A stretch of DNA of 40,001 nucleotides, taken from assembly GCA_030526225.1 (NCBI GenBank), contig JAUNDF010000002.1:5128-45128 (forward strand), written 5' to 3'. The stretch's first letter is position 1; each line of letters opens with the position of its first letter. Positions 9,416 to 18,138 of the stretch are shown here, piece after piece. The notes under the pieces are model-generated. The model was not told the origin of the DNA and made no database searches. It was given only the letters and a program-made list of their open reading frames with translations. Source of the stretch: Clostridia bacterium (GTDB lineage: Bacteria; Bacillota; Clostridia; Christensenellales; Aristaeellaceae). The position numbers and the translations under genes are program-made.

Positions 9416-11164
9416 TTACTTGCTGTACTTGGGGCGTTCCACATAGTGGGTGTGGAGCAGCTCGTGGGCCTTGTGGCCGTTGGGCTCGCCCAGATAATCG
9501 GCGTACAGGGCCTTGATGGAGGGGTTCTCGTGGCTCTTGCGCAGGGCCTTGCCCTCGTCCTCGCGGTACAGGGCAGCGGCGCGGATCACCTTGGCGTCGC
9601 ATTCCATGCGCTTGCGGGCGGATACGATGGGCTGACCGCCGCCGGTCACGCAGCCGCCGGGGCAGCCCATGACCTCGATGAAGTGATAGGTCTTCTTGCC
9701 GGCGCGGATTTCGTCCAGCAGCTTGGCTGCATTGGCGGTGCCGTGGGCGATGGCTACATTCAGGGTCAGGTCGCCCACCTGAATGGCGGCTTCCTTCACG
9801 CCCTCAATGCCGCGGACCTGCTCGAATTCAACCTTCTCCAGCTCGCTGCCGGTGAGCACCTCGTATGCGGTGCGCAGGGCTGCCTCCATCACGCCGCCGG
9901 TGGTGCCGAAAATAACGGAAGCACCGGTGGATTCGCCCAGCAGGGGATCGAAATCCTCATCGGGCAGGTTGACGAAGTCGATGCCGGCTTCCTTAATCAT
10001 CTTGGCCAGCTCGCGGGTGGTGATGACCTCGTCCACATCCTGCATGCCGTCGTGACCCAGCTCGGGGCGCTTGGCCTCAAACTTCTTGGCGGTGCAGGGC
10101 ATCACGGAAACCACCGCGATGGTCTTGGGGTCGATGCCCATCTTCTCGGCATAGTAGCTCTTGATCATGGCACCGGACATTTCGTGGGGAGACTTGCAGC
10201 TGGACAGGTTGGGGATGAAGTCCTTGTAGTAGGTTTCGCAGAACTTGATCCAGCCGGGGGAGCAGGAGGTAATCATGGGCAATGTGCCGCCGTTCTTGAT
10301 GCGGCCAATCAGCTCGGTGCCTTCCTCCATGATGGTCAGGTCAGCGCCCCAGTCGGTATCAAATACCTTGTCAAAGCCCAGACGGCGCAGGGCAGCGGCC
10401 AGCTTGCCGGTGACCAGGGTACCCATCTCCATGCCGAATTCTTCGCCCAGTGCGGCGCGGACGGCGGGAGCGGGCTGCACCACCACGTGCTTGGCGGGGT
10501 CTGCCAGCAGGTCCCACACAGCCTTGGTGGAGTCCTTTTCATGCAGGGCACCGGTGGGGCAGGCGGCGATACACTGGCCGCAGTTGATGCAGCTCATGTC
10601 CACCAGCGGCATGCCCCAGGGGGATTCGATGGAGGTGTTGAAGCCGCGGTTGACCGGGCCAATCACACCCACAGCCTGGGTCTTGTTGCAGGCGGCCACA
10701 CAGCGGCGGCACAGCACGCACTTGTTGTTGTCGCGCACGATGGAAACGCTCAGGTCGTCCACATCGTACTTGTTCATGGAGCCGGCAAAGCGCTCGCCGT
10801 CTTCCACGCCCAGGTCGAAGCACAGCTGCTGCAGCTCGCACTTCTGGTTGCGGGCGCAGGAGAGGCACTTCTTGTCGTGGTTGGACAGCAGCAGCTCCAG
10901 GTTGATTTTGCGGGCCTCGCGGATGGCGGGGGTGTTGGTTTTCACCACCATGTTGGGCGCAACAGGCAGCACGCAGGCGGCCTGCAGGGCGCGGGCACCG
11001 GTATCAACCACGCACAGACGGCAGGCGCCGATCTGGTTGATGTCCTTGAGGTAACACAGGGTGGGGATATTGATGCCTGCCTTCTTGGCCGCTTCAAGCA
11101 CGGTTGTGCCGGCAGGAACCTCGACGGAAACGCCGTCGATCGTCAGTTTGATCAGCTGATCCAT
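9416..11164 (-). CDS. hydA: [FeFe] hydrogenase catalytic subunit (HydA/HndD type, multi-FeS N-terminus)
   Basis: N-terminal 2Fe-2S, a His-ligated 4Fe-4S and 2 ferredoxin CxxCxxCxxxCP motifs are present. H-cluster motifs are TSCSPGW (L1 variant), MPCTAKKFE and EVMGCPGGCVTGGGQP. I place the start at MDQLIKL (ATG 11164) after GAGGGAGGAAAAG; the upstream part of the track ORF overlaps the previous gene. Confidence 0.9.
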   Translation of the reverse strand: MDQLIKLTIDGVSVEVPAGTTVLEAAKKAGINIPTLCYLKDINQIGACRLCVVDTGARALQAACVLPVAPNMVVKTNTPAIREARKINLELLLSNHDKKCLSCARNQKCELQQLCFDLGVEDGERFAGSMNKYDVDDLSVSIVRDNNKCVLCRRCVAACNKTQAVGVIGPVNRGFNTSIESPWGMPLVDMSCINCGQCIAACPTGALHEKDSTKAVWDLLADPAKHVVVQPAPAVRAALGEEFGMEMGTLVTGKLAAALRRLGFDKVFDTDWGADLTIMEEGTELIGRIKNGGTLPMITSCSPGWIKFCETYYKDFIPNLSSCKSPHEMSGAMIKSYYAEKMGIDPKTIAVVSVMPCTAKKFEAKRPELGHDGMQDVDEVITTRELAKMIKEAGIDFVNLPDEDFDPLLGESTGASVIFGTTGGVMEAALRTAYEVLTGSELEKVEFEQVRGIEGVKEAAIQVGDLTLNVAIAHGTANAAKLLDEIRAGKKTYHFIEVMGCPGGCVTGGGQPIVSARKRMECDAKVIRAAALYREDEGKALRKSHENPSIKALYADYLGEPNGHKAHELLHTHYVERPKYSK

Positions 11165-11186
11165 GTTCTTTTCCTCCCTCGCACGA

Positions 11187-12983
11187 TCAGTTCTTGGAGA
11201 TGGCGCCGAAACGGCACTTCTCAACGCAGGCGCCGCACTTGAGGCACTTGGCGGTGTCAATCACATGCTGATGGCGCACTTCGCCGGAGATGGCACCGGC
11301 GGGGCAGGCCTTGGCGCACAGGGTGCAGCCGCGGCACTTGTCAGAGATGACATAGTTGAGCAGGGCCTGGCAATGGTGGGCCGGGCAGCGCTTTTCCTTG
11401 ATGTGGGCCTCGTACTCATCCCGGAAATAATGCAGGGTGGAGAGCACGGGGTTGGGGGCCGTCTGGCCCAGACCGCACAGTGCGGTGGACTTGATATTCT
11501 GCGCCAGGGTTTCCAGCTTCTCGATGTCGCCTTCCTCGCCCTTGCCGTCCACAATGCGCTCGAGGATTTCCAGCATGCGGCGGGTGCCGATGCGGCAGGG
11601 GGTGCACTTGCCGCAGCTTTCATCCACGGTGAAGTCAAGGAAGAAGCGGGCGATGTCCACCATGCAGTTGTCCTCGTCCATGACAATCATGCCGCCGGAG
11701 CCCATCATGGAGCCGATTTCAATCAGGGTGTCGTATTCAATCGGGATGTCCAGGTGGTCGGCAGGGATGCAGCCGCCGGAGGGACCGCCGGTCTGCACGG
11801 CCTTGAACTTTTTGCCGTTGGGGATGCCGCCGCCGATATCATAAATGATGGTGCGCAGGGGAGTGCCCATGGGGATTTCCACAAGGCCGGTGTTGTTGAT
11901 TTTGCCGCCCAGGGCGAATACCTTGGTGCCCTTGCTGCGCTCGGTGCCGATGGAGGAATACCACTTGGCACCCTTCAGGATAATCTGCGGAATGTTGGCA
12001 TAGGTTTCCACGTTGTTGAGCACGGTGGGCTTGCCGAACAGACCCTTCACAGCGGGGAAGGGAGGACGGGGACGGGGCTCGCCGCGCTTGCCCTCGATGG
12101 AGTTCATCAGTGCGGTTTCCTCGCCGCAGACGAAGGCACCGGCACCCAGACGGATGTGCAGGTCGAAGCAGAAATCGGTGCCGAAGATGTTGTCGCCCAG
12201 CAGGCCGTATTCCTTGGCCTGCTCAATGGCTACCTGCAGGCGCTTGACGGCGATGGGGTACTCGGCACGGACGTAGATGTAGCCCTCGGAGGCACCGATG
12301 GCATAGCCGCCGATGGCCATGGCCTCGATGATGGCATGGGGGTCGCCCTCCAGCAGGGAGCGGTCCATGAAGGCACCGGGGTCGCCCTCGTCAGCGTTGC
12401 AGGCGATGTACTTCTGGTCAGCGGGGCTGTTGTAGCCGAACTGCCACTTCTTGCCCGTGGGGAAGCCGCCGCCGCCGCGGCCGCGAAGACCGGAGTCAAT
12501 CACTTCCTGAATGACCTGCTCGCGGGTCATTTCGGTCAGGGCCTTTGCCAGGGCCTTGTAGCCGTCAAAGGCGATGTATTCGTCGATGTTTTCGGGGTCA
12601 ATCACGCCGCAGTTCTTCAGGGCGATGCGCTCCTGCTGCTTGTAGAAGCCGATTTCGTTCAGGCTCTTCTGCACGCTGGATTCATGGGTGGCATGGTCCA
12701 CATACACCAGACGCTGCACCTTGCGGCCCTTGAGCAGATGCTCGGAGACGATTTCATCCACGTCCTCGGGCTTTACGCGGGAGTAGAAGGTGCCCTCGGG
12801 GTATACAATGACAACGGGGCCGGCCTCGCAAAGGCCGAAGCAGCCGGTGCGGACGACCTTGACTTCCTTGTCCAGGCCCTTTTCCTTCAGCTGTTCATCA
12901 AAGCGCTCGATCAGCTGCATGGAACCGGAAGAGGTACAGCCGGTACCGCCGCAGACCAGCACATGTGCGCGGTAAAAATCCAT
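11187..12983 (-). CDS. hydB: NuoF-like NADH-binding flavoprotein subunit of the hydrogenase (HydB/HndC)
   Basis: 598 aa with an N-terminal thioredoxin-like 2Fe-2S domain, an FMN site GRGGGGFPTG, ESCGKCTPCR and two C-terminal ferredoxin motifs. Confidence 0.9.
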   Translation of the reverse strand: MDFYRAHVLVCGGTGCTSSGSMQLIERFDEQLKEKGLDKEVKVVRTGCFGLCEAGPVVIVYPEGTFYSRVKPEDVDEIVSEHLLKGRKVQRLVYVDHATHESSVQKSLNEIGFYKQQERIALKNCGVIDPENIDEYIAFDGYKALAKALTEMTREQVIQEVIDSGLRGRGGGGFPTGKKWQFGYNSPADQKYIACNADEGDPGAFMDRSLLEGDPHAIIEAMAIGGYAIGASEGYIYVRAEYPIAVKRLQVAIEQAKEYGLLGDNIFGTDFCFDLHIRLGAGAFVCGEETALMNSIEGKRGEPRPRPPFPAVKGLFGKPTVLNNVETYANIPQIILKGAKWYSSIGTERSKGTKVFALGGKINNTGLVEIPMGTPLRTIIYDIGGGIPNGKKFKAVQTGGPSGGCIPADHLDIPIEYDTLIEIGSMMGSGGMIVMDEDNCMVDIARFFLDFTVDESCGKCTPCRIGTRRMLEILERIVDGKGEEGDIEKLETLAQNIKSTALCGLGQTAPNPVLSTLHYFRDEYEAHIKEKRCPAHHCQALLNYVISDKCRGCTLCAKACPAGAISGEVRHQHVIDTAKCLKCGACVEKCRFGAISKN

Positions 12984-13016
12984 AAAGATTTCCTCCTTAA
13001 GAAAATCGTGTGCGTC

Positions 13017-13385
13017 TTATTCGGCAGCGCCGATGGTGTACTCCTCAACGGGATGACCGTTGACCACGTGCTCGGCCACAATGCGGCCTACCATTTCGGG
13101 CGTAACCTTGACATAGGTGACCTTTTCCTGACCGGGCAGATACACATCCACCATGGGCTCCAGGCGGCACATGCCCACGCAGCCGGTCTGGCTGACGGTC
13201 ACATGCTCAAGGCTGCGCTTGGCAATTTCATCCATGAAGGCCAGCATCACAGGGCGGGCGCCGGCGGCAATGCCGCAGGTGGCCATGCCGACCACCACGC
13301 GGGCAGCATCGGCGTTTTCCTTGCGCATGGCGATATTCTCCAGCGTTTTGGCGCGGATGGCTTCCAGTTCAGCAAGTGATTTCAT
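13017..13385 (-). CDS. Thioredoxin-like [2Fe-2S] ferredoxin (HndB-like)
   Basis: About 122 aa with Cys at ATCGIAAG and GCVGMCR. The ATG at 13385 follows AAAGGAG; the TTG at 13391 in the track is less likely. Confidence 0.8.
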   Translation of the reverse strand: MKSLAELEAIRAKTLENIAMRKENADAARVVVGMATCGIAAGARPVMLAFMDEIAKRSLEHVTVSQTGCVGMCRLEPMVDVYLPGQEKVTYVKVTPEMVGRIVAEHVVNGHPVEEYTIGAAE

Positions 13386-13416
13386 AAGCAATTCTCCTTT
13401 ATACAGGCAATCTGAT

Positions 13417-13959
13417 TCAGGTGAAAACAGGGTCGATTTCTTCCTTCAGCGCATCCCGCAGCCATGCGGCAATCTCCGGCTCGTTCAGGGGCAGACCGCC
13501 CAGCACGGCACGGACTTCGCGGGTGTCGAAGGTGCATTCACCCCGGGGCGATTTCCCCTCAAAGCGGAAATCCGGGGCAAGGGGGTTGGTAATCATCAGG
13601 CTCAGCAGTGTGCCGGATAAATCCCCCAAGGGCAGACAGTCGATGCATTTGGTGTTCATGGTTACGGTAAGCGCTGTGCCCACCCCAACCTTGGACGTGA
13701 TGACCAGGTCGCCCTCGGCCAGCCGGGCGTTTTCCAGCATCATGGGGATGCCGAGGCCGACCTTGCGCGTGGTTCTGGTGGTGGCAAAGGGGCTGGTGAC
13801 CCGGCTGAGCAGCTCGGGGTCCATGCCCTTTCCGTTATCCTCCAGCACCATGGTCAGCCAGCCGCTTTCGTCGATGGAAAGGCGGATGACAATCAGTGAC
13901 GCGCCGGCGGATATGCTGTTTTGGGTCAGGTCCAGCAAATGCAGGGACAAATCACGCAT
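13417..13959 (-). CDS. GHKL/histidine-kinase-like ATPase domain protein
   Basis: 180 aa with EDNGKGM and GLGIP (N and G boxes). It is embedded between the hydrogenase subunit genes. Confidence 0.8.
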   Translation of the reverse strand: MRDLSLHLLDLTQNSISAGASLIVIRLSIDESGWLTMVLEDNGKGMDPELLSRVTSPFATTRTTRKVGLGIPMMLENARLAEGDLVITSKVGVGTALTVTMNTKCIDCLPLGDLSGTLLSLMITNPLAPDFRFEGKSPRGECTFDTREVRAVLGGLPLNEPEIAAWLRDALKEEIDPVFT

Positions 13960-13971
13960 GGCAAATCAACC

Positions 13972-14439
13972 TCAGCGATACTTGGCCACAATGGCGGGAA
14001 TCTCGTCGGGGGTCAGGCGGCCGTAAACCTCGTCGTTAATCATCATGACGGGGGCCAGACCGCAGGCACCCAGACAGCGGGTGGCGTTGAGGGTGAAGCG
14101 GCCGTCGGCGGTTGTCTTGCCCACGGGGACCTTCAGCTCCTCGCTCAGCTTGTCCAGCACCTTCTGGGAGCCCTTGACGTAGCAGGCGGTACCGAGGCAT
14201 ACGCCCACGATATACTGGCCCTTGGGCTCCAGAGAGAACTGTGCGTAGAACGTGGCAACGCCGTAAACCTCGGCCAGGGTGGTGCCCAGACCGTCGGCGA
14301 TGATCTGCTGCACATCCATGGGTACATAGCCGAAGATTTCCTGTGCAGCCTGCAGGACGGGCATCAGTGCGCCGGGAACATCCTTATGCTTGGCAATGGC
14401 TTCCTGCAGAAGCGCGTATTTTTCCTTCTGATCAGGCAT
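13972..14439 (-). CDS. hydC: NuoE-like [2Fe-2S] subunit of the hydrogenase (HydC/HndA)
   Basis: 155 aa with CLGTACYVKG and CLGACGLAPVMMIND. Confidence 0.9.
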   Translation of the reverse strand: MPDQKEKYALLQEAIAKHKDVPGALMPVLQAAQEIFGYVPMDVQQIIADGLGTTLAEVYGVATFYAQFSLEPKGQYIVGVCLGTACYVKGSQKVLDKLSEELKVPVGKTTADGRFTLNATRCLGACGLAPVMMINDEVYGRLTPDEIPAIVAKYR

Positions 14440-14632
14440 GATGTAATTACCTCCTTGAATCGGGCGGCTTGACGGATGGATGCCGTCACAGCCTAAATCG
14501 TTTTAATTTTAACATAAATTTGGCAAAAAGGGAAATGGAAAAACACAAAAAATCCGCAATATCAGCAAAAAAATACAAAAAACATAGAAAATCACGAAAA
14601 AATCATACCGGATTACCCAAAAAGAGGAAGAA
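14440..14632 (-). promoter_or_regulatory. AT-rich leader/promoter region for the hydC-hydA structural genes
   Basis: This is the only AT-rich gap in the locus. The minus strand has an extended -10, TGtTAAAAT (forward 14506-14514), with only a weak -35. Phased T-tracts lie upstream (forward A-tracts 14567-14602), and a small hairpin gacgg-atggatg-ccgtc sits at 14471-14487. Confidence 0.3.
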
Positions 14633-15346
14633 TCAGCGGATGATTTCCTTCCCGGAGGCGGCCAGCAGGGTATCGAACAGACCGCCGGCGGAAAACCTGT
14701 CCGTGGGGAAATCGAACACCGCCTATTGAATCTTGCCCAATTGGTGGGCATCGGAGGAATGCAGCACCGCTCTGCCTGCAAGGATTTTCTCATTGATGGG
14801 CAGCTGAGGGGAAACCTCCACCAGCCCGTAGTGCGGCTCATCAGGCATCAGGCCCAGATTGACCAGCAGGCCGTTGCTGCCCCGGTTGATGTGGGCCGGC
14901 ACCGCAATGCCCCCTCTGCGGCGAACCTCTGCGGTGCATTCCTCAAGGGATAAATCCGTGGCGCCGATGAGCATCCTGTCCTCGGTGAAGCGAATGACAT
15001 CATCCGTGTCGCGAACATACTGGGTGCCGAAGAAGTCGGGCATGTTGGGCATATCCGGCAGATGGGAGGAGAAGAATTCCCCGGCATCCACCGCAGCCTC
15101 CACGGTGCGGAAGTACCCCAGCAGGTGCACCTCCTCCCGGGTGGTAATCTCCAGCCCCGGCAGCAGAATCAGCCCGAAATAATCAGCCGCTTCCTTGACA
15201 TAGGGCAGATTGAGGGCGGAGTTGTGGTCGGTGACGGCGATGGCCTGCAGCCCTTTGATGTGAGCCATGCCGCAGATGTTGGCGGGGGTCATGTCCTCAT
15301 CTGCGCAGGGGGACAGGCAGGAGTGAATGTGCAGGTCAACCAGCAA
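14633..15346 (-). CDS. PHP (polymerase/histidinol phosphatase) domain protein; the apparent TAG stop at 14723-14725 is read through to TGA at 14633
   Basis: DLHIHS, VTDHNS and HSSDAH motifs are present. After ...HQLGKIQ-TAG the frame stays open for 29 codons (AVFDFPTDRFSAGGLFDTLLAASGKEIIR) and ends at TGA. Confidence 0.7.
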
Positions 15347-15352
15347 GGCGTG

Positions 15353-15706
15353 TCAGTCCTCTCTGTTGTGCCCGGGCAGCCCTGCGGCGGAGAGCAGCGC
15401 GCACAGCTCGTAGGCGGTCAGGTCGCTTTCCAGCACGGTGATGTCTTCATCGATGGCCTTTTTCAGCGTGGCCTCCTCAATGTGGACCCCCTCGGGCAGG
15501 ATGACGGCAGCCATTTCCATCAGCGCGGCCACGGCAATCACGTTCATGTGGGTCTGGACGGTAATCCACGCCATGCCGGACTGGCCGTGGGCCATGACCC
15601 AGCTGAGCAGGTCGCAGGCATAGCCGCAGGTCACCGGTCGGGATTTGTCGGTATCGGGGGTTACATCCACCGCGCGGGTCAGGGCAGTCAATTCGGCAAT
15701 GGTCAT
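15353..15706 (-). CDS. DRTGG domain protein
   Basis: 117 aa, paralogous in size and position to 17510-17863. A typical companion of HydS-like genes. Confidence 0.7.
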   Translation of the reverse strand: MTIAELTALTRAVDVTPDTDKSRPVTCGYACDLLSWVMAHGQSGMAWITVQTHMNVIAVAALMEMAAVILPEGVHIEEATLKKAIDEDITVLESDLTAYELCALLSAAGLPGHNRED

Positions 15707-15728
15707 GGGGCATCAGTCCTTCCCATCT

Positions 15729-17027
15729 TTACTGTCTCGTATTCTGTGCCAGGGCCACCATTTGCTGGGCCATGGCGCGCAGGTGATCCTTCAGGATGTG
15801 GATGCAGTCCATCTCGCTGGCGTAGCCCCGGACGATATCCTCGGCGAAGGTGCGGCAGGTGGGGGAGCCGCAGGAGCCGCAGTCGTAGCCGGGCAGGCGG
15901 TTGATGGTTTCGTCAATCTGCTCCATTTTCCGCATGGCCTCGATGATGTCGTCGTCCAGCCGCATGGCACCGTTGGGCAGCACCACATCGGGTGCGTGCA
16001 GCTGGATGCCCTCCAGCAGGTTCAGCTCCACCGGCTTTTCCGGCAGCAGGGCCGGGTCGCCTTCAATCAGCCGGCGGACGATATTGCGGGCCACATAGTT
16101 GTTTTCAAAATTCAGCGGACCGCCCACGCAGCCGCCGGTGCAGGCGTTGCCCTCGAAGAAATCAAGGTCGCTGAGCTTGCCGTCCTCAATCTCCTAAAGC
16201 ACACGGATGACGTTCTCAATCCCGTCCACGGACATGCTGCTGCTGTGGCCCACCGCATTGGCCTCGCCGCCGCTGTTGGCCCAGCCCACGCCCAGGGCGC
16301 TGGCGGTGACCAGCGTGTCATCCTCTTCGGCTTGCTTGGTGTGGCTTGAGAGCAGACCGTAGATTTCCAGCACGCTGATGGCCCCGTCCACCGCGGAGGT
16401 GGGATGGCCGATGGGGGAGCGGATGGCGGTCACCTTGGCCGGGCAGGGAGTGATGAAAAAGCAGCCGATGTCCTCCTCCGGCACGCGGTTTTTCCTTGCG
16501 AACGCCCGCTTGGCCATCATGGCGGCAACCTCCATGGGCTGGCGCACATCCACGAGGTTGTCAATCAAATCGGGGAAGCGCACCTGAATCAGCCGCACAA
16601 TGGCCGGGCAGGCGGAGGAAATCAGCGGCTTGGGGCAATCAGGCTCCCGCAGCTTTTCCTGAATGACGCGGGTGACCACATCGGCACCCCGGGCCACCTC
16701 AAACACATCGTCAAAGCCCATTTTCTTCAGCCCCGCCAGCACCGGAGAGATGCTGTGCAGCGTTTTAAACTGCCCATACAGGCTGGGGGCCGGCAGGGCG
16801 ATTTTGTATTTGAAGGCGCTGATGGTGCTCAGCGGGTCCGTTACCGCCACCTTGGCGTGATGGTCGCACACGCGGATGCATTCGCCGCAGTCGATGCACA
16901 GCTCGTCGATGATATGCGCTCTGCCGCCGCGCACGCGGATGGCCTCCGTGGGGCAGCGCTTGAGGCAATTGGTGCAGCCCCTGCATTTATCCGCCAGAAG
17001 CGTGACAGAGTGGAAGCGTTTTTCCAT
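15729..17027 (-). CDS. HydS-like (putative sensory) [FeFe]-hydrogenase-domain protein, with one in-frame TAG at 16194-16196
   Basis: It has two N-terminal ferredoxin motifs. The H-cluster-type motifs are SSACPAIV (Ala at the relay-Cys position), TPCPAKV and ACTGGCVGG. A C-terminal CGSCGSPTC Fe-S domain follows. ORFs 16194-17027 and 15729-16127 share a frame (900 nt apart). The junction reads ...NVIRVL-TAG-EIEDGKLSDLDFFEGNACTGGCVGG. Confidence 0.8.
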
Positions 17028-17064
17028 TTTGGTTCAGTCCCTTTCGGATTTTGGTACAGCGTGG

Positions 17065-17487
17065 TCAATGCAGGGCAAAGCCCATCTCGATGGTGGTGCC
17101 CACCCCCACCTGACTTTCAATAGAGAAGGTGGAGGCGTTGCGCTTCATGTTGGGCAGGCCCATGCCGGCGCCAAAGCCCAGGGCCCGTGCCTGATCGCTG
17201 GCGGTGGAGTAGCCCTCGGTCATGGCCTTGTCAATATCCGGGATGCCCGGGCCCACATCCTTGCTGATGAGGGTAATCATGTCCGGGTCCACCCGAAGGG
17301 TCAGGGTGCCGCCCATGGAGTGGATGACCAGATTCAGCTCCACCTCGTAGCAGGATACGGAGATGTGCCGCAGCACCTCGGCGTTGATGCCCAGCTGCTT
17401 CAGCTTGCGCTTGATGGCCGTGGAGGCCTGACCGGCAGCGGCGAAATCCCCCGCTTCCACATTGAATACCTGTTCCAGAATGGCCAT
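17065..17487 (-). CDS. Anti-sigma-factor-like serine kinase / GHKL ATPase
   Basis: 140 aa with DVGPGIPD and GFGAGMGLPN. Confidence 0.75.
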   Translation of the reverse strand: MAILEQVFNVEAGDFAAAGQASTAIKRKLKQLGINAEVLRHISVSCYEVELNLVIHSMGGTLTLRVDPDMITLISKDVGPGIPDIDKAMTEGYSTASDQARALGFGAGMGLPNMKRNASTFSIESQVGVGTTIEMGFALH

Positions 17488-17509
17488 GGTGATGCTCTCC
17501 TTTCCTGTA

Positions 17510-17863
17510 TCAGTCTGCCTGACGGGAGCCGGGCAGATGGCGCAGGTACAGCTCCCCGCAGGAGGTGTAGGTGGTCATGGGCGTGGAAATCACCGCCAGC
17601 CCTGCCTCCCGGGCAAGGGTCAGCATTTCCTCGCTGGGCTGCTTGCCCCGGCTGAATACAATGCAGACCGCATCCAGCATTTCGGCGGTAATCATCACCT
17701 GGGGATTAATCAGCCCCGTAATCAGCACCGCCTTTTCATGGGCAAAGGCCAGCGCATCGCTCATCAGGTCCGCCCCGCAGGCGCAAAGGACCTCCTCGCC
17801 CAGCATGTCCTCGCCGGCCAGCAGCTTGCCGTGCAAAATCTCTCTGATTTCTCCGATGGTCAT
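17510..17863 (-). CDS. DRTGG domain protein
   Basis: 117 aa with AVLITGLINPQV...IVFSRGKQP...GLAVISTPMTTY. First gene of the regulatory module. Confidence 0.75.
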   Translation of the reverse strand: MTIGEIREILHGKLLAGEDMLGEEVLCACGADLMSDALAFAHEKAVLITGLINPQVMITAEMLDAVCIVFSRGKQPSEEMLTLAREAGLAVISTPMTTYTSCGELYLRHLPGSRQAD

Positions 17864-17930
17864 AAGTGTGCCTCCAAATATATAGAATGTATGTGAATGT
17901 CTGATGGGGAAAAGAACATCTCTTTACAGC

Positions 17931-18085
17931 TTCCTGAAAGGACCTCATCCGTCACGCCGCAAGCGGCGCGCCACCTTCCCCAACGGGGGAAGGCTTTAGC
18001 TTGTTCTGCGGCTGTGCTGCGGAATCGGACCGCCTTACCTCCCTCCCCGAGGGAGGTGCCTCGTGAGAGGCGGAGGGAGTAAATC
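17931..18085. repeat. REP/MITE-like composite element in a divergent intergenic region
   Basis: The left arm ttcctgaaaggacctcatccgtcacgccgcaagcggcgcgccaccttccccaacgggggaaggcttt (17931-17996) matches 32006-32073 apart from one substitution and an adjacent one-base indel. The right arm acctccc-tccccga-gggaggtgcctcgtgagaggcggagggagt resembles the right arm of 34198-34345. Confidence 0.7.
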
Positions 18086-18138
18086 CCCCTTGCCAACGCT
18101 CGCCCTTCATGCTACCATATCCCCCAGAGGTGAAGGAC

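Noticed and set aside
9410-13379. Plus-strand ORFs 9410-11242 (610 aa) and 11163-13379 (738 aa); similar cases at 2996-4792, 19603-21123, 34949-36454 and 37121-38932
   Set aside because: All are antisense to strongly recognisable genes (hydA, the nuoF-like gene, PBP2, the Cof/acyltransferase genes, the kinase, the Na/Pi transporter). All have G/A/V/H-rich, low-complexity translations.
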